A stretch of DNA of 63,484 nt, counting the filler. It is 4 parts of 4 records of this genome, joined end to end, with 100 filler letters (N's around TTAATTAATTAA, not from the genome) between each part and the next. Parts side by side here need not be neighbours in the genome. Positions count along the whole stretch, not along the records: positions 1 to 15,446 come from DRR723986_8355; 3 more parts are not named here. One strand, 5' to 3'. Within the stretch, counting starts at the first letter, position 1; each line of letters starts with the position of its first letter. The position numbers and the translations under genes were made by a program. Shown piece after piece: positions 1 to 10,757 of the stretch. The notes under the pieces were generated by a model that was not told the DNA's origin, searched no databases, and was given only the letters and a program-made list of their open reading frames with translations.

Positions 1-429
1 ATAGGTGCCGTCGGTGAAGGACATATGCGGGTGGTGCAAATCACCGTTGTCGTAGGTTTTCATGCCCTTGGCGGCCAGAAACTCCTTGGTTTCGGGCATC
101 AAGCCTTCGGTCAGGATCTTCAGGCTCTCGTTGGTCTGGCCCCAGCCGGTGGCGGAGCAACGGTTGAACACCGGAATACGCATCAATTCGCGCATGGAAG
201 GAAAGCCGAGAATGCGCACTTCACCCGTCTGACCGGACGACCAGAAGCCGTAGTACGGGTCCAACTCACCAGGGGCGAGGTTCACTTTGGACGCACCAGC
301 CGCCGCAGCAGGCTTGGCAGACCCAGGGACGAAGCCGGACGCCAGACCGGCACCAGCAGCAGCAGCGGCACCCGCTGTCAGCACACCGCGCCGCGAGAAG
401 CCTTTTTTCCGGGTTTCTTCAGCAGACAT
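1..429 (-). CDS. nosZ: Nitrous-oxide reductase, clade I (Tat-exported), 5' part; truncated by window start
   Basis: Manual translation from ATG at 429: [17 protein letters not shown] (twin-Arg signal)...[45 protein letters not shown]...[14 protein letters not shown]; directly downstream of nosR. Not in the ORF track. Confidence 0.96.
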   Translation of the reverse strand, partial: MSAEETRKKGFSRRGVLTAGAAAAAGAGLASGFVPGSAKPAAAAGASKVNLAPGELDPYYGFWSSGQTGEVRILGFPSMRELMRIPVFNRCSATGWGQTNESLKILTEGLMPETKEFLAAKGMKTYDNGDLHHPHMSFTDGTY

Positions 430-487
430 AACTCTCTTCCTTTTTTCAGATATTGAATCTTGAATATGTTTCCGAGATTCGGTAACA

Positions 488-2710
488 TTAGGGACTGAGT
501 ACTTGGGTCGATTCTTTCTGTCTTTGATCTGGGACAACAAATGCATTTGGATGATTCGCTTTGTCACGCGCCCGGCGCACGGCCTTCTTGATGCAGACAG
601 GACAATCCTTTTCACTTTGATACAGAACCTGACAGTGCAGGCACTGATGGCATTCGTTTGGATTGATATTCCCTTCAGGATGAATGGCTTGCACCATGCA
701 TTCCTTGGCACAACGCTGGCAGGGGCTGCCGCATTCCTTGTACCGTTTCAGCCAATCAAACATCCGCAGACGCCCCGGTATCGCCAGCGCCGCGCCCAGC
801 GGGCAGAGGTAGCGACAATAAAACCGTTCGATAAATAGCCCCGCCCCAAGCAGAGCCACCGCAAACAGAACATAGGGCCATGAGCGTTGGAATTTGAGGA
901 TGATCGCGGTCTTGAACGGCTCCACCTCGGCGTATCGTTCAGCCATCTCAAGCGAATAAAGCGACAGGCCAAAGAGCCCCAGAAAGATCATGTATTTGAT
1001 CGGCCAAAGCCGCTCATGCAGGCCCCATGGCACGGTGATCTGCGGCACCTTGAAGAACCGCGCGATCTTGTTGGACAGTTCCTGCAACGCTCCAAACGGG
1101 CAGAGCCAGCCACAAAACACACCCCTGCCCCAGAACAATACCGACGCCGCCACCGAGAACCACAGGATAAAGACCAGCGGATCCATCAGGAACGCGGACC
1201 ACGAGAAATCTGCGGTCACAGCTGCAAAGAACGCCAGCACATTCACCACCGACAATTGCGCGTTGGAATACCAGCCAAGGACAAACAGGGTGAAGGTAAG
1301 AAACCCGATGCGGAACCAATAGGCAAACCGTGCATTGCGGGTCACCTGCATCTGGAAAAAGAACACCACCGTCAGTACCCCAATGGCCGCCACCAGCAGT
1401 GCCACTTCGATCTGTTTCTGCTCCCAGATGCGCAGCCACAGATGGCTCAGTTCATCAGGATCACTTGCCGCCGCAGGTGATGTGGTATCTGTCGGGGCCG
1501 CCGCCGGGGTCACGACTTCGAGGTATCGGTCCGGCAGGCGGTAGCCCAGATCGAAAGTGATAAAGGTCTTGTCAATTGCCCCCACGGCCCGCTGCACCAG
1601 CAGTTGCAGGCGAAAGGGCTCAGCGGGGTCAAAGTCGATATCAGCAGGTATCTTGAAGATGTCCAGTTCGGTGAAGGATGGCGCATCATCCGGGGCCAGC
1701 CGACCAAGCCGGCGTTGCTGTTTGTCAAAGAACCGCGCAGAATTGTCCTGCTGGATCAGTTGTATCCGGTCAAAAATGCCGCCGCGCACATAGCCTGATC
1801 CTTTGAACGAATACTTGCCCCGGCCCAGTACAAGGATCGCCTCTTCGCCCTCCTCCAGCCAGTCTTGCAGGTTCGCATATTCATCATCGCCCAAAAGAGT
1901 GCGCCCGATTTCCGGTACACTGGCCAGGGCGACGTGCATCTCGATAAAGGTGTCTTCTGGCGCCCCCTTGTCGGGCCGCGCGATGGCGCGGGCATCGCCG
2001 CTGTCGATAAAGGCCTGATTGACCTGTCCCACGTCCAGTCGGAGCGTCCGTATGGAGCCATCCCCGTCAAGGGTCTGCCAATCGGACACCGGCGCCTCGG
2101 CACCCTCAGGCCGCTTGATGGTCTTTTGCGGGCCAGTGTTGCGCAGGGTTGGCTGCAAACCGCCAAGGCCAAGCTGCCGCGCAACTTTGATACCTGCCCG
2201 CACGATAGAATCGTCGATAACCATGATCGTCACCGTGGCCCCCGACACGATATCCAACTCATGCGCGCTCCCACCGCTCGCGGCTTCTTCGGTCAGATCC
2301 ATGCCTTTATAGCTTTCGGTGACGGCTCTGATCTCGGAGTTCGGAATGCCGATCAGAACAATCGGTTCGGAGTGTTTGACAAGATTCACCCCCGTCACCT
2401 TGGCATCGTTGTCCACCCCCATCAGCACATGAATGGGCTTGCCCGAATAGCCTGTCGTGGTCACAAAATCCGAAGTCAGAAAAACATAACCAATTGTTTT
2501 TCCGCCCTTTTGTGCAGGCAGAACCGGCAAATCCGCGTGCATAGGCCCATAGGCATCTGCCCCCGGCACCAACTCGTCGATGGGAACTTTGGCAATGAAC
2601 TTTTCGACAATCGGATCACTTTGTGCGGTCCCGGCCAGGACCATCAAACACAGCAAGACCGGGCCGATCATACCAATGATTGCCCTGCCCCAATTCTTGC
2701 AACCCGACAT
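488..2710 (-). CDS. nosR: NosR, FMN-binding/4Fe-4S membrane protein
   Basis: GYSGKPI and DIVSGATVT (FMN-Thr) motifs, C-terminal TM helices with CGWLCP and CRYLCP, ferredoxin-like Cys clusters; upstream of nosZ. Confidence 0.96.
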   Translation of the reverse strand: MSGCKNWGRAIIGMIGPVLLCLMVLAGTAQSDPIVEKFIAKVPIDELVPGADAYGPMHADLPVLPAQKGGKTIGYVFLTSDFVTTTGYSGKPIHVLMGVDNDAKVTGVNLVKHSEPIVLIGIPNSEIRAVTESYKGMDLTEEAASGGSAHELDIVSGATVTIMVIDDSIVRAGIKVARQLGLGGLQPTLRNTGPQKTIKRPEGAEAPVSDWQTLDGDGSIRTLRLDVGQVNQAFIDSGDARAIARPDKGAPEDTFIEMHVALASVPEIGRTLLGDDEYANLQDWLEEGEEAILVLGRGKYSFKGSGYVRGGIFDRIQLIQQDNSARFFDKQQRRLGRLAPDDAPSFTELDIFKIPADIDFDPAEPFRLQLLVQRAVGAIDKTFITFDLGYRLPDRYLEVVTPAAAPTDTTSPAAASDPDELSHLWLRIWEQKQIEVALLVAAIGVLTVVFFFQMQVTRNARFAYWFRIGFLTFTLFVLGWYSNAQLSVVNVLAFFAAVTADFSWSAFLMDPLVFILWFSVAASVLFWGRGVFCGWLCPFGALQELSNKIARFFKVPQITVPWGLHERLWPIKYMIFLGLFGLSLYSLEMAERYAEVEPFKTAIILKFQRSWPYVLFAVALLGAGLFIERFYCRYLCPLGAALAIPGRLRMFDWLKRYKECGSPCQRCAKECMVQAIHPEGNINPNECHQCLHCQVLYQSEKDCPVCIKKAVRRARDKANHPNAFVVPDQRQKESTQVLSP

Positions 2711-2787
2711 GTCATTTTTCCTTTGTTCAGACGGCTCGACAGCCGCTTTTCTGAACGTCGGTCTAATGGCTTTGCGGCGGGGCCACG

Positions 2788-2801
2788 TTGATCCACATCA
2801 A
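2788..2801. promoter_or_regulatory. FNR/DNR/NnrR-type binding site upstream of nosR
   Basis: Perfect TTGAT-CCAC-ATCAA about 80 bp upstream of the nosR start. Confidence 0.85.
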
Positions 2802-2820
2802 GGGATTGCAACAATTGGCC

Positions 2821-3696
2821 TCAGCCCGATGTAGGACAACCGACCTCCAACGTGGAGATAACCTCGCGGACAAAGCGGACATCGGCAGGCATCGATAGAT
2901 TTGGCGCATGACCGCAGCCCTGCACCGTGGTCATTGTCGGGCGCGGACCATTGGCGCACATGCGCTGAACGATTTTCGGCGGCAGGATATCAGATGTTGC
3001 GCCCTGAATCACATGCATGGGCAACGCAATCCGGTCATAGCGGTCCCAAGACAGCAGTTCTTCGGCCGAGGCCGTAAATTGCACAAGAATTTTAGGATCA
3101 TAATGCAAAGTCAGCTTGCCGTTGCCTTTTCGCCTGAGCGATGTCGCGGCCATGCGTTGCCAGAAGGCTTCCTCCGCCACGCCAAAGGGGGCGTAAGTGG
3201 CCCTCAGCCAACGATCCGCCTCTGCGACAGTGTCAAAGCAGGGCAACTCGGCCGCATAGGCCAATATCCGATCAATGGCCGGTTGCGGCACTTCGGGGCC
3301 AATGTCGTTGATAACCAGATAGTTCAGCCGATGCGCCATAGGCCCGGATGCAATGCGCATTCCGATCAAACCGCCCATTGAGGTGCCAAACCACCCCGCC
3401 TGTTCCATCCCGTAATGCTCCATCAACCCCAGCGCGATCTGGGTGTAGTGTTTGATGGAGTATTCGGCCTCTGGATGTTGCGACCAACTGGATTGCCCGC
3501 GGCCAATGGTGTCGGGGCAAATCACAAAATGATCGCGGGCCAGCTCTGTCGCCAGCTCATCAAAATCGCGGCTCGTGCGGGCCAGCCCGTGCCACATCAC
3601 CAGCGGCGGCGCGGATCGGTCGCCCCATTCCGCGACATAGATCTCATGACCCAGCACAGGCACAAAGACATGGCGTGGCTGTGATCTCTGGCTCAC
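2821..3696 (-). CDS. Alpha/beta hydrolase resembling PhaZc/PhaY-type 3-hydroxybutyrate-oligomer hydrolases
   Basis: HGLARTSRDFD, GTSMGG nucleophile, NDIGP, LHYDP, GHAP. Confidence 0.8.
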   Translation of the reverse strand: MSQRSQPRHVFVPVLGHEIYVAEWGDRSAPPLVMWHGLARTSRDFDELATELARDHFVICPDTIGRGQSSWSQHPEAEYSIKHYTQIALGLMEHYGMEQAGWFGTSMGGLIGMRIASGPMAHRLNYLVINDIGPEVPQPAIDRILAYAAELPCFDTVAEADRWLRATYAPFGVAEEAFWQRMAATSLRRKGNGKLTLHYDPKILVQFTASAEELLSWDRYDRIALPMHVIQGATSDILPPKIVQRMCANGPRPTMTTVQGCGHAPNLSMPADVRFVREVISTLEVGCPTSG

Positions 3697-4775
3697 CGAG
3701 GCGCCCCTTTGGCCATCACCGTGCCTGCAATGCCCTTGGGAAAGAAATAGACCAGCAGGATAAAGATGATGCCCAGCCAGAACAGCCAGCGATCAGGGTC
3801 CAACACATGCGGCAGGATCGGAATGTCCACTGTGGCCTTGGCCGCCGCCCCCATCAGATCGCGCAGGTAGTATTGCGCCAGCACCAGCATCGTTGCACCA
3901 ATGACGGCGCCCCACATCGTGCCCATGCCGCCAATCACCACCATCAACAGGATGTCGATCATGATTGCAAAGCTCAGCGCGGTGTCCGGCCCGGTGTATT
4001 TGAGCCAGATCGCATAGATCGTACCCGCCAACGAGGCCACCAAAGCGGCAATACAGAACACAAAGGTCCGGTAACTGACCACACGGTATCCAATCGCCTC
4101 GGCGCGCGCTTCGTTTTCTCGGATCGCCTTGAGGACGGTGCCAAGCGGCGATCCCACCATACGCAGCATCACCACAAACAGGGCAAGACAGCTAAAGAAC
4201 ACAAAGTAATAGGCCGCCAGCTTGCCGTTGATCTTGACCCCGAACACCCGCAGCACCTTGCCGTTTTCATCCAGCATCAGCTTGGTCGCGGTCTTGAACA
4301 GCGCCGGTGCGCGGTAGGTGATGCCATCTTCGCCGCCGGTAAACTCGCTCAGCTGTGAGGCCAGAACCAGCGCCACGCTGGCCGTGGCAAGGGTGATCAT
4401 CGCAAAGAAGATCGCCTTGACCCGCAGGGACAGCAGGCCAATCGCAACCGCCACAATCAGTGAGACCCCCATCCCCGCCAAGGCACCAACCAGAACAGCA
4501 TCCCACCCCGGCCCCATCTGTTTGAGGCTGATCGCAGCGCCATAAGCGCCAAAGCCAAAAAACATCGTATGGGCAAAGCTGACGATCCCGGTATACCCGA
4601 TCAGCAGGTCATAGCTGGCCACCAGAACGATAAACACACAGACCCGCGCCGCAACTTCCAGCGCCCGCACATCCTGAAACAGGAAAGGTGCAAACAGCAG
4701 CAGGGCAAAGATCAACAAAACGGCGGCTTTCACGGCCTTGGTGCCGCTGATGGTGGCTTGGGATATCGCGTTCAT
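3693..4775 (-). CDS. HAAT (branched-chain amino acid family) ABC permease, LivM-like
   Basis: GYTGIVSFAH, AIRENEARAEAIG, VVIGGMGT motifs; polytopic. Confidence 0.9.
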   Translation of the reverse strand: MNAISQATISGTKAVKAAVLLIFALLLFAPFLFQDVRALEVAARVCVFIVLVASYDLLIGYTGIVSFAHTMFFGFGAYGAAISLKQMGPGWDAVLVGALAGMGVSLIVAVAIGLLSLRVKAIFFAMITLATASVALVLASQLSEFTGGEDGITYRAPALFKTATKLMLDENGKVLRVFGVKINGKLAAYYFVFFSCLALFVVMLRMVGSPLGTVLKAIRENEARAEAIGYRVVSYRTFVFCIAALVASLAGTIYAIWLKYTGPDTALSFAIMIDILLMVVIGGMGTMWGAVIGATMLVLAQYYLRDLMGAAAKATVDIPILPHVLDPDRWLFWLGIIFILLVYFFPKGIAGTVMAKGAPR

Positions 4776-4776
4776 C

Positions 4777-5772
4777 TTATTTCACCGCCGGTTTGAGGCC
4801 ATTGGGCCGCCACAGAAGGATCGCCACCATCAGGATCATGTTCGACGCCAGCGCCAGCTTGGGCGCAAGATACCCGATGTAGTTGGCCATCAGCCCGACC
4901 ATGATCGCGCCCAGCAATGTGCCCTGGATCGACCCGAGCCCGCCAATGATCACCACGATGAAGACCACGATCATCATTTCCGCGCCCAGCGCAGGCGTGA
5001 TCAGCGTTTCATAGCCCGCCCACATCGCGCCGCCCAAGGCCGCGAGAGCAGAGCCAAGCATGAACACCGCCACAAAAAGCCGGTCCACGCGAAAGCCCAG
5101 TGCCTCAACCATTTCGCGGTTTTCCACGCCGGCCCGGATCAGCAAGCCAATGCGCGTCCGGTTCAGCGTCAGATACAGCGCGGCATAGACCCCCAGCCCT
5201 AGCAGAAAGGCAAAGATCCGGTAAATCTCAATCGTGATGTCCCCGATCAGCAGCGAACCTTCCAGAAATTCGGGGCGCGGCACGGACACGGGGGTGCCGC
5301 CCCAGATTGCCAGGATCATCTGTTCGGCCACAATCAATGCGCCCATAGTGATCAGAATCTGGCGCAGGTGGTCTTTGTAAACCGGTTTGACGATCACGGT
5401 TTCAAAGAACCATCCGGCCACCAGCCCAAAAAGAATCGCTGCGCCAAAGGCCAGAAACAGGGCGGCAATATTGAGCGAGACCGCATCCGCCTCCAACCAG
5501 CCGGAGAGCCAGGCCAGCACGCTGGCCGCGATGAACGCGCCAAAGCTGACAAAGGCCGAATGACCAAAGTTGAGCACATCCATCAGGCCAAACACCAACG
5601 ACAGGCCCGAGGCCATCAGGAAAATCATCATCCCCATCGCCAAACCGGCCACCGTGAGCGTCACCCAAGACGACGGCGCACCGATCATCACAAAGGCCAG
5701 CGCCGCCACCACCACAGGCAGCAGGTAAACCCTGCCCAATCGGCCTGCAAAATCGTTTATCTGTTGCATCAT
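4777..5772 (-). CDS. HAAT ABC permease, LivH-like
   Basis: GLSLVFGLMDVLNFGH, VIIGGLGSI, RPNGL motifs. Confidence 0.9.
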   Translation of the reverse strand: MMQQINDFAGRLGRVYLLPVVVAALAFVMIGAPSSWVTLTVAGLAMGMMIFLMASGLSLVFGLMDVLNFGHSAFVSFGAFIAASVLAWLSGWLEADAVSLNIAALFLAFGAAILFGLVAGWFFETVIVKPVYKDHLRQILITMGALIVAEQMILAIWGGTPVSVPRPEFLEGSLLIGDITIEIYRIFAFLLGLGVYAALYLTLNRTRIGLLIRAGVENREMVEALGFRVDRLFVAVFMLGSALAALGGAMWAGYETLITPALGAEMMIVVFIVVIIGGLGSIQGTLLGAIMVGLMANYIGYLAPKLALASNMILMVAILLWRPNGLKPAVK

Positions 5773-5778
5773 TCTTCC

Positions 5779-6483
5779 TCAGGCTGACAGGCTCAACAGC
5801 CGGTCTTGCAGTGCCGTATCTGCGGCGAAATCGGCCATCGTGCCGCTGTGGGCAATCCGGCCATCGTCAATCACCGCCATGTCGCGGCCCAGCGATTTGG
5901 CAAATTCAAAGTTCTGTTCGACCAGCAGGATTGTCGTGTTCTGCGCGATCTCGCGAAAGGCATCGGCCATCGCATCCACAATCGCGGGCGCTAACCCTTT
6001 GGTCGGCTCGTCAATCAGGATTAATGCACGCGGCTCGACGATTGCGCGGGCCACGGCCAGCATTTGTTTCTGCCCGCCTGACAGCGCCCAAGCCTGTTTG
6101 GTCCAAAAGGTCTCAAGCGCCGGGAACAGCTCATAAATGCGGTTCAGGCGGGCGGGATCAAAGCGGCCTTTGGCGGTGGCAAGGATCAGGTTCTCCTCAA
6201 CCGTCAGCCCGCCAAAAACGCCCATGTTTTCAGGCACAAACGCAATATCCAGCCGGGCGATATCCGCTGTGTGCATCGCAGTGATATCCTGGCCCTTGAA
6301 CAGCACCGAGCCCGGCGAGGGTCGCCAGAGCCCCATGATAGAGCGCAGAGTGGTCGTCTTGCCCGCGCCATTGCGGCCCAGAAGAACAAACACGCCCCCT
6401 TCAGGCACTTCAAGGGTCACGTCATGCAACACGGCATATTGGCCGATATTGGTTTTCATCGCATTCAGGGACAAAAGGCTCAT
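5779..6483 (-). CDS. HAAT ABC ATPase, LivF-like
   Basis: Walker A GRNGAGKTT, LSGGQKQ, DEPT, LVEQN. Confidence 0.92.
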   Translation of the reverse strand: MSLLSLNAMKTNIGQYAVLHDVTLEVPEGGVFVLLGRNGAGKTTTLRSIMGLWRPSPGSVLFKGQDITAMHTADIARLDIAFVPENMGVFGGLTVEENLILATAKGRFDPARLNRIYELFPALETFWTKQAWALSGGQKQMLAVARAIVEPRALILIDEPTKGLAPAIVDAMADAFREIAQNTTILLVEQNFEFAKSLGRDMAVIDDGRIAHSGTMADFAADTALQDRLLSLSA

Positions 6484-7247
6484 GCGGGCACCGCCGATTT
6501 GCCAAGGTAGACATCGCGCACGATGTCACTCGACATCACCCTATCTGGCGCACCATCGGCAAGCAGTTCACCATTGTGCAGAACGATAATCCTGTCGGCG
6601 AGGCTGCGCACGACATCCATTTTGTGTTCAACCAAAAGCACGGTTTTGCGGGTGTCTTTCTTGATGCCTGCAATCAGGTCCAGCACGTCCGGCGCATGAT
6701 CAAGAGACATGCCCGCGGTGGGTTCATCAAACATATAGATATCCGGCTCCATCGCCATCAAAAGCGCCACCTCCAGCTTGCGCTGATCGCCGTGAGGCAA
6801 GGCCGCGGCTGGCAGATGCGCGACCCCGCTCAGCTTGGCGGCTTCAAGGTAATGCTCGGCTTGCTCGGCCAGATGTCTCAGGCCCGCAACCTGCCGCAGG
6901 ATGCGCCAGCCGTCACCCGAGCGGGCCTGCACCGCAAGGCGGATGTTCTCAAGCACCGACAATTGCGGAAACAGATTGGTCAGCTGAAACGCCCGGCCAA
7001 TGCCGCGCTGCGCCCGTGCGGAGGGGGACATACGCGTCAGGTCGGTGCCGGATTTGATGACCTGCCCCTGCGACGCGGCCAGCTGTCCTGAAATCAGGTT
7101 GAAATAGGTCGTTTTGCCTGCGCCGTTTGGGCCGACAATCACGGTCAATTCGCCGGGGTGAAAGGCGCAAGAGACCGCGTTCACGGCCACATGGCCGCCA
7201 AAACGGATCGTCAGATCACGCGTTTCCAAGGAAGGTTGCATTGTCAT
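6480..7247 (-). CDS. HAAT ABC ATPase, LivG-like
   Basis: GPNGAGKTT, LPHGDQR, DEPTAG, VEHKMD; start trimmed to MTMQPSL. Confidence 0.9.
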   Translation of the reverse strand: MTMQPSLETRDLTIRFGGHVAVNAVSCAFHPGELTVIVGPNGAGKTTYFNLISGQLAASQGQVIKSGTDLTRMSPSARAQRGIGRAFQLTNLFPQLSVLENIRLAVQARSGDGWRILRQVAGLRHLAEQAEHYLEAAKLSGVAHLPAAALPHGDQRKLEVALLMAMEPDIYMFDEPTAGMSLDHAPDVLDLIAGIKKDTRKTVLLVEHKMDVVRSLADRIIVLHNGELLADGAPDRVMSSDIVRDVYLGKSAVPA

Positions 7248-7300
7248 GAATTCTATCCGGTGGCTGTCCGGCCCCGGCAAAGGGGCCGGATGCATTGGGT

Positions 7301-8497
7301 TTAGTTGTTGCGCCCGATGGGGATGTTCATCTCGTCGGCAGTGATTTCGCGCACCAGATCAGGGATCGCCCACGCCACGTCATCATCCACCCGAATCTTG
7401 AAGTGGTACATGGATTGCAGCGCCTGATGGTCTTCGGGACGGAAGGTCATGGTGCCTTTGGGTGTTTCCCAGCTCATCCCCTCCATCGCGGTGATCAGGG
7501 CTTCGGTTTCCCATTCATCGGCTGTTTCCAGCGCTTTGACCACGGCCAGTGCAGCGGCCATGCCACCTGCGGTGAAGAAATCAGGCGGGCCGTCGAAACG
7601 TTCCTGATGGGTGGTCACCAACCATTCGTTCACCGGGTTCTTGGGCATCTCATAGTAGTAGTAGATCGCCCCTTCCATGCCCGGTGCCCGTTTGTAGGTC
7701 GGCAAGACCGGCAAGATGTGGCCGCCAGTGGAGATCTCGATGCCGTGGCGTTCTGGCTGCATGGCCAGGATTTTGCCCATCGGATCGCCGCCGCCCGCCA
7801 CATAGATCAAGATAACCTTGCGGCCTTCTTTGTCTTTCAGCGCATTGAACATGCGTTCCGTTGCGGCGGTGAAGTCTGTGGTGCCTTGCGGGGTGTATTC
7901 TTCGGTCACGATGGTCGCGCCCGATCCGTCCAGCGCCGTTTTGAATGCGGCAATCCCGTCGCGGCCAAAGGCATAGTCTTCGGCCAATGTCGCCACAAAG
8001 AGGTTTTCATCGGGTGCCAACGCCAAAGCCTGCGCCTGCATGTCCATCGATGAGTTCCGCGAGGTTTTGAACACATAGCGGTTGCTGTCTGGCCCGGTCA
8101 GGCTGTCGGCAACGGCGGGTTCAATAATCAAGATACGCTCATATTCCTCGGCAATCGGCAGCAATCCCTTGGTCACACCCGAGGATGTCGCGCCAACCGC
8201 CAGCAAGACCTCATCATCCCCATATGCTTCGGCCAGCACAGCGCGGGCCACGTCCGGTTTGAACTGCGTGTCCTTGTGAATGATTTCGATCGGATGACCC
8301 TTGACCATATTTGTGCCGCCCGTGGCATATTCGATGCCCAGCTCAAACCCGGTTTGAGCCTGCTTTGAGAACACCTCAAACGAGTGACCCGAAATGCCAT
8401 GCACCAGCGCGATCTTGACCGGATCTTCGGCCTGCGCCGTGGTCGCAATGGCCAGACCAAACAAGGCGGCCCCAAGCCGCCGTGTGAATAATTTCAT
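7301..8497 (-). CDS. HAAT ABC substrate-binding protein
   Basis: Signal peptide MKLFTRRL...AQA after a GGGAGAGAG RBS; DYAFGRDG, PKGTMTFRPEDHQALQ. Confidence 0.9.
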   Translation of the reverse strand: MKLFTRRLGAALFGLAIATTAQAEDPVKIALVHGISGHSFEVFSKQAQTGFELGIEYATGGTNMVKGHPIEIIHKDTQFKPDVARAVLAEAYGDDEVLLAVGATSSGVTKGLLPIAEEYERILIIEPAVADSLTGPDSNRYVFKTSRNSSMDMQAQALALAPDENLFVATLAEDYAFGRDGIAAFKTALDGSGATIVTEEYTPQGTTDFTAATERMFNALKDKEGRKVILIYVAGGGDPMGKILAMQPERHGIEISTGGHILPVLPTYKRAPGMEGAIYYYYEMPKNPVNEWLVTTHQERFDGPPDFFTAGGMAAALAVVKALETADEWETEALITAMEGMSWETPKGTMTFRPEDHQALQSMYHFKIRVDDDVAWAIPDLVREITADEMNIPIGRNN

Positions 8498-8607
8498 TTT
8501 CTCTCTCCCTACAGTGACCCATCCCACGCAGGCATTGCGCCCATGTGATCGGTCCCTTACTTTCTGTAAGTAGAAATGTTTCAGGTCACGGGATTGGGCG
8601 CAATATT

Positions 8608-9201
8608 GTGGAAACACGTATAGACGACAGCTTTCGTGACGGGCAGTTTGCAGAGCTGGCCTATCTCTATGCGCCTGTGGGTCTTGTGGTCACGGAGAAT
8701 CGCGTGATCCGCGATTGCAACCATGCGTTTGCGCAGATGTTCGGTTATGAAATCAAAGACTTGCGCGATCAGGTTTTTGCCGTGCTTTACCCCTCGGACG
8801 AAGAGTTTGCCAATATCCGTGATCGCGGCGTCAAAGAGTTGCAGACCACCAACCACTATTGGGACGAACGGATTATGGCCCGCAAGGATGGCAGTCTGTT
8901 CTGGTGCCGGGTGCGCGGACATTCCTTCACCCCGGACGCCCCCTTGGGCCGCGCGGTGTGGAGTTTTGCGGATCTGTCCGAGGTGCGCCCCTACAAACCG
9001 CTGACCCGCCGCGAACGCGAGATCGTGTCGTTTCTGGCGCTGGGGCTGACCAGCAAAGAGATCGCGCTGAAACTCGATATTTCCTACAGAACGGTGGAGA
9101 TCTACCGCGCCAAGCTGCTCAAGAAATTCGGTGTCGCCAACACCAGCAGCCTGCTGCAATCGCTGGGCGAGGTGGATTCTGTTCACGTTGTCGGGCGGTG
9201 A
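8608..9201 (+). CDS. PAS domain + LuxR HTH transcriptional regulator
   Basis: PAS (FAQMFGY...RKDGSLFWC) plus LTRREREIV...GLTSKEIA...TVEIYRAKLLKK; divergent from the ABC operon; start uncertain. Confidence 0.88.
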   Translation: METRIDDSFRDGQFAELAYLYAPVGLVVTENRVIRDCNHAFAQMFGYEIKDLRDQVFAVLYPSDEEFANIRDRGVKELQTTNHYWDERIMARKDGSLFWCRVRGHSFTPDAPLGRAVWSFADLSEVRPYKPLTRREREIVSFLALGLTSKEIALKLDISYRTVEIYRAKLLKKFGVANTSSLLQSLGEVDSVHVVGR

Positions 9202-9308
9202 TCCAACCTTGGGCCTGTTTCATCTGGGCCGGCGCGGTTTTGGCCTATGCCGCGCACCGCAGTCGGTTCTTTAGGCATATGATCCGGCGCGGACAGAGGA
9301 GCCTCCCC

Positions 9309-10757
9309 CTACCCGCGTTTGATCCGCAGCCGCGCCGAGACGCCAACAGCCGTGTCCTCAAACGACAATGTACCTCCGTGCAAATGGGCGATGGTGGCCA
9401 CGATGGTCAGGCCAAGGCCGTAGCCATCAATCGTGGCCGTGTTCTCACCCCGTTGGAACGGGGCCAGCAAGGCCTCGATGTCCTTGGCGGAACTGTCTGA
9501 TCCTTCGTCCTCGACAATGATCGTGGCGCTGCCTGCGTCTGCCTCAAGCGAAACGGTCGCACGCCGTCCGTATTTCAGCGCATTGTCGATCAGATTGGCC
9601 ATCGCGCGTTGCAGGGCAATGGGCCGCCCGGTGACGGTGATTTGGCGATCCCCTGCCATCACACTTTGACCCTGGCGGGACATGAACACCGATCCGCCCC
9701 CCTGCATCACCACGTCTTGCGCCGCGCGGAAACTGACGGCGCGGCCCATGTCCTGATAATCCGTCACAACCGCATCAATGAGCGCATTGAGCGACAGCTT
9801 GCGCGGCTCCTCCACGTTCATCTCGGCGCGGGTGTAGGTCAGAACGCTTTCGATCATGCCGGTCATGCTGTCGATGTCCGCGTCCAGTTTGCCGCGCAGT
9901 TCGGGATCGCCAATGAGCGCCGTGCGCAGCCGCAGCCGTGTGGCGGGGGTGCCAAGGTCATGACTGACCCCCGACAAAACTGCCGCACGATTGGCCAGCT
10001 GCGCCCGTTCCGCCTCAAGATAGCTGTTCACCGCCGCGACGATATCCTGAAGCTCTTGCGGGCCGGGCAGATCATAGCTGGCAGGCCCGCCCACCCTGCG
10101 GCGGTCGCGCAACTGTGCAGCAAAACGGGCAAAATCGCTGGATTGATTGAGCGCGATGGTGATCAAAATGCCAAAAGCGACAATGGCAAAGAGAACCGCA
10201 GGCAGGCGCAGGTCAGCGGGCGCCGCATCGCAGCCCCAGACCGGCGCACCGTCAATCCGCACCCATGGCGCTTGGCCCATCTGGGCCACCACCACAGGAT
10301 CGCTGCAATAGGAGGCCAGAAGCCGCAGCACCGCCCCAGTGGTTTCCGCCGCAGTTTGCCCGTCGCGGTGCGGCAGTCCGGCCAAACGGTAGGTCAGGTC
10401 GGGCGACAGGATCGCCAATGTCAGCGGCTTGCTGGTTGTGCGGTTCAGGGCATCTGCAAGGATCGGCACATTGGTGATCCGCGCGCCATTGGGTGCTCCA
10501 CTGATCTGGTGAAAGGCGCCGGCCTCTGCGTGGGTTTGATCCTCCGCTGACAAGGGCGTGACGCGAACGCCATCGGGCGGGGCGGTGCCGTTTTGCATCG
10601 CATAATAAAGGGTTGTGCCCGCCAGTTGCGCCTGCGCCAGATGGGATTTCCAGTTTTGGGTCGATTGCATCCACAGGCCAACCGCGACCGCCGCCGCCAC
10701 AAAGGCCGCCAGCACCAAGGCGCTGACGATCGCGCGGAGGCTGTGCAAGGCTTTCAC
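9309..10757 (-). CDS. Sensor histidine kinase
   Basis: Two TM segments, H-box VSHDLGTP, N-box NLIDNALKYG, G-box GYGLGL. Confidence 0.93.
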   Translation of the reverse strand: MKALHSLRAIVSALVLAAFVAAAVAVGLWMQSTQNWKSHLAQAQLAGTTLYYAMQNGTAPPDGVRVTPLSAEDQTHAEAGAFHQISGAPNGARITNVPILADALNRTTSKPLTLAILSPDLTYRLAGLPHRDGQTAAETTGAVLRLLASYCSDPVVVAQMGQAPWVRIDGAPVWGCDAAPADLRLPAVLFAIVAFGILITIALNQSSDFARFAAQLRDRRRVGGPASYDLPGPQELQDIVAAVNSYLEAERAQLANRAAVLSGVSHDLGTPATRLRLRTALIGDPELRGKLDADIDSMTGMIESVLTYTRAEMNVEEPRKLSLNALIDAVVTDYQDMGRAVSFRAAQDVVMQGGGSVFMSRQGQSVMAGDRQITVTGRPIALQRAMANLIDNALKYGRRATVSLEADAGSATIIVEDEGSDSSAKDIEALLAPFQRGENTATIDGYGLGLTIVATIAHLHGGTLSFEDTAVGVSARLRIKRG

